Part shown: one piece after another, positions 47,443 through 54,388 of the stretch
How positions within the stretch are numbered: position 1 is the stretch's first letter
Layout of the letters: each line of letters opens with the position of its first letter
NCBI GenBank assembly: GCA_003646025.1
Contig: QNDR01000004.1
Location: 1 to 54,388, forward strand
Origin: Candidatus Fermentibacterota bacterium
GTDB taxonomy: Bacteria > Fermentibacterota > Fermentibacteria > Fermentibacterales > JCC-6
Reading direction: 5' to 3'
Length of the DNA stretch: 54,388 nucleotides
Translations under genes and position numbers: made by a program
The notes under the pieces: model-generated
Seen by the model: only the letters and a program-made list of their open reading frames with translations
Told to the model about the DNA's origin: nothing
Databases searched by the model: none

Positions 47443-50085
47443 ATGGCACGCACGCTTATACTGGTAGATACCTTAAGCCTTGTTTACCGGGGTCACTATG
47501 CCATGATGAGAAATCCTCTCCGAAGTTCAGACGGTACGGTAACAAGTGGTCTGAATTTTCTTCTCAATGAACTTTATTCTTTAATCAGTGCCAATCCTGA
47601 CAGTCTTGTGGCTGCCATCAGTGATGCTCCGGGTCCTACTTTCAGAAAACAGCTTTATCCCAGGTACAAGGCCAACAGACCGCCCACACCACCAGACCTC
47701 AGAAAACAGACGAGAATTGCCAGAGAATTGATACCGCTTCTGGGTATTCCTTTTGTTGAACAAAAAGGTCTGGAGGCTGATGATATCATTGCCGCCTACG
47801 CGGGAGAGTCAACAATTCCTGTGATTGTTCTATCGCCGGACAAGGATCTTCTTCAGCTTGTAAGCAGCAATGTATCTGTCCTCCGGCCGGGGAAATATGG
47901 TGGTTCTTCGACACTGATTAAGCCTGGAGATGTTGCAGAAATCATGGGGGTTGAGGCAAAATACATAGCCGATTTTCTTGCCATCTCCGGAGATTCTGCA
48001 GACAACATACCAGGTGCAAAGGGGATTGGTCCAAAAGGTGCCGTGAAACTTATACAGCGGTTCGGTGGTGTTGAGCAGATATACGGCAGTATTGACAGCG
48101 TCACTCCGGATTCGCTTCGAAAGAAACTGATAGATTCCAGAGAAATGGTGGAGCTGAGCCTGAAGCTTACCAGGTTGAACACTCCTCTCAGCGATGAACT
48201 GAAACACAGAGATCTGGAGCTTAAAGAACCTGAACTGGAAAAAGCCCTGCCGATTCTTAAAAAACTGGGGCTTTCAAAAATGGCTGAGAAGATCGGTCTC
48301 GACGGATCTGATCCCGCAGGACCGGAAATATTCTCCTGCAGAACAAACATTGTTGACGATCTGAAGACGGTTGATCTTCCTGGAGAAGGACCGGTTTGTA
48401 TCGATACGGAAACAACATCTGCTGATCCCATGAGTGCGGAGCTTATAGGTTTTTCGGTAACATCAGTAGAAACACAGAGCTGGTACCTTCACTTTGCGGA
48501 GTCAAACAACAGAGAACAAGTGCTTGAAGACCTGGGAAAACTGCTCAACACAAGAGGGTACATAGCTCAGAACGCCAAGTATGACAGTCATGTTCTCGCC
48601 AGATACGGAGTAACTCTTCCTGTTCCTGCAGACGACCCGTATCTGGCCGACTACATCCTGAGACCGGAGGCAAGAAGCCACGGTCTGAAGAAAATTGTTC
48701 CGATCTGGCTCGGCAAGACCATGCAGACTTTTGATGAGGTTTCCGGAGGGACCGGCTCTCTCGCCGGTGTTCCAGTTGAAACAGTTGCCAGGTACTGCTG
48801 TGCAGATTCCGCATCAACCGTTGCACTTGCGCACAGGATGTCTGTTGAATTGTCTGGTGATCCTGAGCTGGAAAAGCTTTACCGTGAAGTAGAGCTTCCA
48901 CTTTCCTCTGTTCTGGGAAAGATGGAGAGTCTGGGTATAGGAATTGACAGAGACGCCCTCCGCCGTGAGGGAGAGTTGATAAGCAAAAAGATATTTGAGC
49001 TCATGGAGACCGCCTCTCAGCAGGCAGGGCGACCTGTTAACCTGGCCAGTCCCGCCAGGGTGGCTTCAGTGATGTTCGATACTCTTGGCCTTGCTCCTGT
49101 AAGAAAAACCGCAAAAGGAGCAAGATCAACGAGTATGACCGTGCTGTCCGCCTTGAGGAATGAACATCCGTTTGTTGAGACTCTTATTGAATTCAGAGAG
49201 CTTTCCAAGCTTCTCAATACCTATGTAGAAAAACTCCCCGGATACATTAATCCTGTCACAGGTTTGATTCACACCAGCTTCAATCAGGCGGTTACTGCGA
49301 CAGGCAGACTGAGTTCCAGCAATCCGAACCTGCAGAACATTCCAATCAGAACCAGCAGAGGCAGAGAGATCAGAAAGTGTTTCATACCACCAGTTAAAGG
49401 TCATGTTTTTGTTTCGGCGGATTACTCACAGATCGAGCTGAGAATTCTGGCTCACCTTGCCGGAGAAGGTGTGCTGCGAGGTGCATACAGGGAGAATGCC
49501 GATATCCATTCCAGAACAGCAGAGGCAGTTTTCGGTGACGCTTCCCCTGATCACAGAAGGAAAGCCAAAGAGGTTAATTTCTCCATCATATACGGTATAA
49601 GCGCTTTTGGACTCGCACAGCGACTTTCCATCTCGAGGGGAGAGGCTGCAGGAATTATTTCCAGGTACTACGAAACCTACCCTGAAGTTGAATCTTTTTA
49701 CAGAAAAATGGTGCAATTAGCCGGGGATAACGGAGAGATCAGAACAATTCTCGGTAGGAGGCGGCTGTTCAACGGTATGAAAGAAGCTTCAGGTAATATC
49801 AGGAAACAGATGGAGCGGGCTGCTGTTAACACTGCTGTACAGGGTTCCGCTGCAGACATAATAAAGATTGCAATGATCGGGGTTGAGAACCGCCTGAGAA
49901 AGGAACTTCCAGCGGCCGGTCTTGTATTACAGGTACATGATGAACTTGTCGTATCATGCCCTGAAGGGTACAGGGATACGGCGGAGGAAATACTGAAACA
50001 GGAAATGCAGGGGGCGGTTCATCTTGAGGTTCCCCTTACCGTTGAAACTGGCTTTGGCTTCAACTGGCTTGATGCCGGCCACTGA
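47443..50085 (+). CDS. polA: DNA polymerase I (5'-3' exonuclease, 3'-5' exonuclease, polymerase)
   Basis: YKANR, EADD, GDSADNIPG; ExoI DTET, ExoII NAKYD, ExoIII YCCAD; TGRLSSSNPNLQN, DYSQIELR, AKEVNF..IYG, QVHDE. Confidence 0.97.
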   Translation: MARTLILVDTLSLVYRGHYAMMRNPLRSSDGTVTSGLNFLLNELYSLISANPDSLVAAISDAPGPTFRKQLYPRYKANRPPTPPDLRKQTRIARELIPLLGIPFVEQKGLEADDIIAAYAGESTIPVIVLSPDKDLLQLVSSNVSVLRPGKYGGSSTLIKPGDVAEIMGVEAKYIADFLAISGDSADNIPGAKGIGPKGAVKLIQRFGGVEQIYGSIDSVTPDSLRKKLIDSREMVELSLKLTRLNTPLSDELKHRDLELKEPELEKALPILKKLGLSKMAEKIGLDGSDPAGPEIFSCRTNIVDDLKTVDLPGEGPVCIDTETTSADPMSAELIGFSVTSVETQSWYLHFAESNNREQVLEDLGKLLNTRGYIAQNAKYDSHVLARYGVTLPVPADDPYLADYILRPEARSHGLKKIVPIWLGKTMQTFDEVSGGTGSLAGVPVETVARYCCADSASTVALAHRMSVELSGDPELEKLYREVELPLSSVLGKMESLGIGIDRDALRREGELISKKIFELMETASQQAGRPVNLASPARVASVMFDTLGLAPVRKTAKGARSTSMTVLSALRNEHPFVETLIEFRELSKLLNTYVEKLPGYINPVTGLIHTSFNQAVTATGRLSSSNPNLQNIPIRTSRGREIRKCFIPPVKGHVFVSADYSQIELRILAHLAGEGVLRGAYRENADIHSRTAEAVFGDASPDHRRKAKEVNFSIIYGISAFGLAQRLSISRGEAAGIISRYYETYPEVESFYRKMVQLAGDNGEIRTILGRRRLFNGMKEASGNIRKQMERAAVNTAVQGSAADIIKIAMIGVENRLRKELPAAGLVLQVHDELVVSCPEGYRDTAEEILKQEMQGAVHLEVPLTVETGFGFNWLDAGH

Positions 50086-50094
50086 GGGAATAAC

Positions 50095-51423
50095 ATGAAA
50101 ACAGGTTTTGTTGCTCTGGCTGTTGTGATGGTTGTTCTGGCCTCTTCCTGTGGAACAGGTGAGCATATCAATGTTGTTCTGATTCTTACAGATACAGTAA
50201 GGGCAGATCATCTGAGCTGTTACAGGTATGAAAGAAATACTTCCCCACACATGGACAGCCTTGCTGCTGCAGGCACCCTGTTTGAAAAGTGTCAGGGTCA
50301 GGCTTCATGGACCCTTCCCTCCATGGCATCAATTATGTCCGGTGTAGCTCCGGTTGTTCACGGTGCAGGCAGAAACAGCAGTGGTTTCCATGGAATTTCA
50401 ACTGATGCTCCGTGGCTGCCGCTGGCTTTTTACCGCAGCGGATACAGAACAGCAGCTTTTTTCAATGTGATGTTCATGAATGAAGATTTTGGGTTTCATC
50501 GGGGTTTTCAGCATTTCGACTGCCAGGGCGTTGCAAGCGGAAACAGCCTCAGAAAAGCCGGGCCCACTGTGGATGATTTTCTGGAATGGCTTGATGCAGA
50601 CGATGCTGACAAGCCGTTCTTTGCCGCGGTACACTTTTACGACCCTCACATTCCCTACAGAGCCCCTGAACCCTACAGGTTTCTTTACACAGACCCTGAA
50701 TACACCGGAGATTACGGAGACACATGGGGCGAAGGCATAACAGAGATGATAGATGTGAATTCCGGCGCGGTTGTTCCCACGCAGGCGGATATTCAGAACC
50801 TAATGGCACTCTACGATGGAGAAATCACATACATGGACTCTGAAATCGGAAGGCTGCTGGCTGAACTGCGCGCCAGAGGGCTTGCAGAAAACACCATCAT
50901 TGTTATCGTCGGCGACCACGGAGAGGAATTCCTCGACCACAGCGGCATAGAACATGGCCGTACTCTTTACCAGGAGACGACACATGTCCCGCTGATAATT
51001 GCAGGTCCCGGTTTCAACGGAGGCGGTGTTGTTACGCAGCATGTTGCACAGCTGGATATTGCCGGAACACTTGCAGCGGCAGCCGGGCTTGAATTCACAG
51101 TGTTTGAGCCTTCACAGAACCTTATGGAAGAACTGAACACAACAAGGGATATTCCCGCAAGCGGTGTTCTGTGGAGAACACAGGGTGACCTGGTTTCGAT
51201 TGTCTGTGACGACAGCAAGATCATCTGGTCTGTGGAAGATGATTCTGTGGAGTCCTTTAATCTGGCAGCGGACCCGCTGGAGCAGGAAGTACTTGAACCT
51301 TCAGAGAACCTGGTGCAGGCAGCAGGATTCTACTGGACAACACCTCCTGCAGGGGAGGCGCCCCTTGTGGATTACAGTGAAACAGCAGCAAGGGAGCTGA
51401 GGAATCTGGGTTACATCAGATAG
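50095..51423 (+). CDS. Sulfatase-like hydrolase/transferase lipoprotein (alkaline phosphatase superfamily)
   Basis: Lipobox ASSC, DTVRADH, SWTLPS, HFYDPH, GDHGEEF, HG, C-terminal LRNLGY. Confidence 0.85.
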   Translation: MKTGFVALAVVMVVLASSCGTGEHINVVLILTDTVRADHLSCYRYERNTSPHMDSLAAAGTLFEKCQGQASWTLPSMASIMSGVAPVVHGAGRNSSGFHGISTDAPWLPLAFYRSGYRTAAFFNVMFMNEDFGFHRGFQHFDCQGVASGNSLRKAGPTVDDFLEWLDADDADKPFFAAVHFYDPHIPYRAPEPYRFLYTDPEYTGDYGDTWGEGITEMIDVNSGAVVPTQADIQNLMALYDGEITYMDSEIGRLLAELRARGLAENTIIVIVGDHGEEFLDHSGIEHGRTLYQETTHVPLIIAGPGFNGGGVVTQHVAQLDIAGTLAAAAGLEFTVFEPSQNLMEELNTTRDIPASGVLWRTQGDLVSIVCDDSKIIWSVEDDSVESFNLAADPLEQEVLEPSENLVQAAGFYWTTPPAGEAPLVDYSETAARELRNLGYIR

Positions 51424-51892
51424 CGGTAAAAACCGCTGACCCCTGTTCAGTTACAACAAGATATGAGCCTTCCGGCATGTCGGACATGTTCACTGTAAGG
51501 TGTCCGTCTTTATCTGCGGTGGCCTGAAGGATCTGTCTTCCAGCCCGGTCAATAATCTGCACACTGGAAAAAGGTACAATTCCTGTAACTGTTACACTGG
51601 TTCGGGGCACAGGGTTCTGAGAAAAAGAAACAGTCCGGGGTTCTGATTCGTCTTCCTCGATTCCGGTGTACCATTCTCTGTAGATAGCACCTCTGGGGCA
51701 GTGATTTACGCAGGTACCGCAGCCGTCACACAACTCCGGGTCTATGTAGGCATTACCGGCAACCAGTGATATTGCACCCTGCGGGCAGGATGATATGCAG
51801 TTGCAGCAGCCGTTGCACTTTGCGTCATCAACAACATAGATCCATCTCAGAGGTGAGAGCAGTACAAAGGCCAGTGCTATTATTCTAAGCAT
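51416..51892 (-). CDS. 2x[4Fe-4S] ferredoxin fused to a T9SS type-A sorting (CTD)-like domain
   Basis: CNGCCNCISSCP and CDGCGTCVNHCP; C-terminal TGIEE...QNP...IIDRAGR...MPEGSYLV. Likely start is ATG 51892 (MLRIIALAFVLL). Confidence 0.75.
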   Translation of the reverse strand: MLRIIALAFVLLSPLRWIYVVDDAKCNGCCNCISSCPQGAISLVAGNAYIDPELCDGCGTCVNHCPRGAIYREWYTGIEEDESEPRTVSFSQNPVPRTSVTVTGIVPFSSVQIIDRAGRQILQATADKDGHLTVNMSDMPEGSYLVVTEQGSAVFTAI

Positions 51893-52367
51893 GTTTTTCT
51901 CCTGTAAGTCTTCTTCGTTGAATTTCCCAGGCAATCATGGCGGCAGTGCTGGAAACATTGATGCATCCCCGAACACCTGACTGCGGTATTACGACTTTCA
52001 TCTGGCACATATCAAGAACCTCCGGTGAAATTCCGTCGGCTTCATTTCCGAGAACAAAGGCGGAGTTAAGGGGAAAATCGGCAAGATGGAGAGGAACAGC
52101 ATCGGGAGTATTCTCAGCTGCAATTACCACTCTGTTTAATCGTATGTATTCCACAGCTTCAGCGGAGCTGTGAAACCACCTCCACGGAACAATGCCGTGG
52201 GTGCCCCTGGATGTTCTGCCGACTTTCCGTCCGCCGGGCCGTGCCGAAATTCCAGTGAGGATAACGCCGGCAGGTGACACTGACTCTGCAGTGCGGAAAA
52301 CAGAACCTACATTGAAAGCGCTTCTCAGCGAGTCAAGAACAAAAAGGGGATAATTCTCAGTAAACAT
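51885..52367 (-). CDS. SpoU/TrmH family RNA 2'-O-methyltransferase
   Basis: VLDSLRSAFNVGSVFRTA, VLGNEADG, IPQ.G...CINVS. Confidence 0.88.
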   Translation of the reverse strand: MFTENYPLFVLDSLRSAFNVGSVFRTAESVSPAGVILTGISARPGGRKVGRTSRGTHGIVPWRWFHSSAEAVEYIRLNRVVIAAENTPDAVPLHLADFPLNSAFVLGNEADGISPEVLDMCQMKVVIPQSGVRGCINVSSTAAMIAWEIQRRRLTGEKHA

Positions 52368-52374
52368 GAGGCTG

Positions 52375-52403
52375 ATTCTACCATTCTACTGGTGTACGGT
52401 CAA
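52375..52403 (-). promoter_or_regulatory. Putative sigma70 promoter with extended -10, likely giving a leaderless mRNA
   Basis: Minus strand TTGACC-17 bp (ending TGG)-TAGAAT, then 7 nt, then ATG; no SD. Confidence 0.65.
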
Positions 52404-52556
52404 TAACCCAGTGAAAGTATACGGAATTACACAAAGTTATTTAATCACACTACACGGCAAACTGTTGCATTACCGGTGCTGCTCTGGAAACGGACAACAA
52501 CACGGAAGCCATTGACAAGTCCATCAGATGGGCTTAAGTAGAGAACAGGAGGCTGT

Positions 52557-53018
52557 ATGATGTTTATCGTTGCAGTTCTGGCCCTGTACGGGCCGCTTCT
52601 GGAGCTTCCAGGCGAGGAAGTCAGTTATTCTTTCCTTCTGGAAGACAGTTCTGTGGTCTCGTTCGTGTCAGACGCAGGCAGTGTTTCATTTCGGTGGGGT
52701 TATCCCGATACTCTTTTTGTAAATTATCCCGGTCAACCACAGCTTTCTTCCCGAAATCTGTTTTCAATCAGCAGTTATTTCAGGGGAGGCGGGGAGCAGA
52801 ACGAAGGCATGGAGCTTTACAGCGTAAAGTTCGTCTACAATGACTCGATTTATGAAGTTTACGACAATTACTATTCTGCCGGTGAGGTGTATGCCACCGG
52901 GCTTACCGTTTTTGTCGGACCGGACACCATGATAAACGCGGCAGGTCTGTACAGTTCAAGAACTGGAAACATGAATCAGCTGTTGGAGAGGTTTCAAACC
53001 ATGGAGGATCTGCAATGA
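52557..53018 (+). CDS. Hypothetical exported protein
   Basis: SD AGGAGG, short hydrophobic N-terminus, ATGA coupling to the next gene. Confidence 0.7.
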   Translation: MMFIVAVLALYGPLLELPGEEVSYSFLLEDSSVVSFVSDAGSVSFRWGYPDTLFVNYPGQPQLSSRNLFSISSYFRGGGEQNEGMELYSVKFVYNDSIYEVYDNYYSAGEVYATGLTVFVGPDTMINAAGLYSSRTGNMNQLLERFQTMEDLQ

Positions 53019-53416
53019 ACAAGGTTGTGGTTCGCACTCTCAAAGGTGAAACTATAAAGGGGTACACAGGAGATTTTTCAAGGAGCAAGCCGTCATTCCT
53101 GCTATCCAGTGATGACGGATCTGTCAGAATTAATCAGATCATCAGGTTAAAAGATCTGAAGGCAGTTTTCTTTGTAAAGGCATTTGACGGTAACTTTCTG
53201 TACAAGAAAAAGTTGTATTTCGATGAAGACAGTTCCTACGGGAAGAGAGTTGTTGTGAAGTTCAAAGACGGGGAGGAGTTTATCGGCAGGGTGGAAACCA
53301 TGCATTCGGATTCTGAATATTCCGGTTTTTTTATCTTTCCGCTGGACACAGATTCAAACACGATCAGGGCCTTTATTCTTAACGGATCCATTGAGAGTAT
53401 CAGGCTCTACAAATAA
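53015..53416 (+). CDS. Hypothetical protein (DUF6982-like) with internal duplication
   Basis: KVVVRTLKGETIKGY / RVVVKFKDGEEFIGR repeats, LKAVFFVK, GFFIFP. Confidence 0.65.
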   Translation: MNKVVVRTLKGETIKGYTGDFSRSKPSFLLSSDDGSVRINQIIRLKDLKAVFFVKAFDGNFLYKKKLYFDEDSSYGKRVVVKFKDGEEFIGRVETMHSDSEYSGFFIFPLDTDSNTIRAFILNGSIESIRLYK

Positions 53417-54110
53417 CCTCAAGATTTCCTGTATACATTAGGTGTTTTTCGTTGAATTCAATTTGAACAGCAAAGGTCTGAACGCCTGCATCCGCCGCTT
53501 TGCAAAGTGCATCTGCAAATTCCGGGTCTGTCTGTCTGTTTGTCCTGAAGCGGTCTGTATCCCTTACAAACACCAGAAAAACCACGGCGGTTCCCATGCC
53601 TGCAAGTGCCAGTTCGGTGAGTTCTTTTACATGTTTCAGCCCCCTGGCTGTGGGTGCATCGGGAAACAGTGCTTCTCTTCCTGATTTAAGGGTACAGCCT
53701 TTTATCTCTACCCAGATCTTGTCGTTCAGAAGGAAATCGAATCTGCTGTTTCCGGAAGGGGCAGACACTTCCGCCTGCAGTTCATGCGCCGGTCCAAGGG
53801 GGGAGTGGGGTCCCCAAAGCAGGGCTTCGGCAATTCTGCGGTGATACCCTGTGTTCACAAGTATCCACCCTGTGGGGTCTTCAGCCGCAGCCAGAGACCA
53901 CTTTGTTTTACGGTCAGTTCCAGGTGGAGCTGGTACAACAAGAACTCTGTTGTCTGTGTAAAGGAGCTCTTCAAGCCTTCCCGGGTCGGCTACATGAGCG
54001 ATTATTGTTTCCCCGTGTGCAAGTTCAGCTTCCATGAGAAACCTGTTAGGCCTGTTTTGAAAAACAGCGGGAACACAGCCGGGTATGGACAGCAGGCGGG
54101 CAGAGTTCAA
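53400..54110 (-). CDS. sfsA: Sugar fermentation stimulation protein (PD-(D/E)xK nuclease family)
   Basis: RPNRF, HVADPGRL.ELL, SRFDF, WVEIKGCTL, FPDAPTARGLKH, DPEF. Confidence 0.92.
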   Translation of the reverse strand: MNSARLLSIPGCVPAVFQNRPNRFLMEAELAHGETIIAHVADPGRLEELLYTDNRVLVVPAPPGTDRKTKWSLAAAEDPTGWILVNTGYHRRIAEALLWGPHSPLGPAHELQAEVSAPSGNSRFDFLLNDKIWVEIKGCTLKSGREALFPDAPTARGLKHVKELTELALAGMGTAVVFLVFVRDTDRFRTNRQTDPEFADALCKAADAGVQTFAVQIEFNEKHLMYTGNLEVICRA

Positions 54111-54206
54111 AACAGTCCTTTCATAAAACTTCCGATACGAAATCCTTTACATGGGTAAACTACAGCTTTTGCGAAAGGCGGTACACCGGTGGACTGTCGT
54201 GATTGA

Positions 54207-54235
54207 TTGACCGGTGTTCAGCAGAGGTGTATAGT
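54207..54235 (+). promoter_or_regulatory. Putative sigma70 promoter
   Basis: TTGACC-17 bp-TATAGT upstream of the lipoprotein at 54298. Confidence 0.55.
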
Positions 54236-54297
54236 TCCTCCCGTTCGTTATCGGGATTGAGTACAGACGGTTTCAGAACTCATTTAAGGGAGATGCC

Positions 54298-54388
54298 ATG
54301 GTTACAAAGATGTTGTTTGTTCTTGCGGCTGCAGCAGTGCTGTTTTCCGGTTGCGGAAGTGAAACACCGGGGGAAGACGCAGCGGAAG
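54298..54388 (+). CDS. Lipoprotein, 3'-partial
   Basis: MVTKMLFVLAAAAVLFSGCGSETPG; lipobox FSGC; SD AAGGGAG; runs off the window. Confidence 0.6.
   Translation, partial: MVTKMLFVLAAAAVLFSGCGSETPGEDAAE

Noticed and set aside
1-54388. CRISPR arrays, tandem repeats, IS elements, stop-codon recoding or frameshifted genes
   Set aside because: Intergenic spaces are short and show no repeat arrays or transposases. All recognised genes are full length under the standard code.

Overview
Gene-dense bacterial chromosomal segment. A T9SS-type C-terminal domain, LpxL and GT9 enzymes suggest a diderm FCB-superphylum organism; this assignment is inference only. No CRISPR array, rRNA or mobile element is evident. 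Contents in order: three coupled sensor kinase genes (1-7.2 kb); a minus-strand run gatE - 5TMR-LYT hybrid kinase - queF - fusA - fluC; a long plus-strand run (hpf, hprK, ptsH, ptsI, NDP-sugar synthase, two GT4s, Gx transporter, tatA, mglA-like GTPase 1, a Zn-finger bitopic membrane protein, topA, xerC, a DUF2723/TMEM260-like GT-C protein, hslV, hslU, mglA-like GTPase 2, a DPY19-like GT-C protein, dapF, tRNA-Gly(CCC)); an envelope cluster (pgsA-like, tagD, four TagF/TagB-family phosphotransferases, a cytidylyltransferase, GT9s, lpxL); then polA, a sulfatase-like lipoprotein, a ferredoxin fused to a T9SS-like CTD, a SpoU methylase and sfsA. The most notable items are (1) a bacterial membrane protein with colinear DPY19 C-mannosyltransferase motifs near a TMEM260-like protein, suggesting a protein mannosylation system, (2) an archaeal-type GatE with no local gatD, (3) two MglA GTPases with no adjacent MglB, one with a CxxC in switch I and one coupled to a Zn-finger membrane protein, and (4) an apparently secreted 2x[4Fe-4S] ferredoxin. 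All family calls come from motif recognition by eye; no database searches were run.
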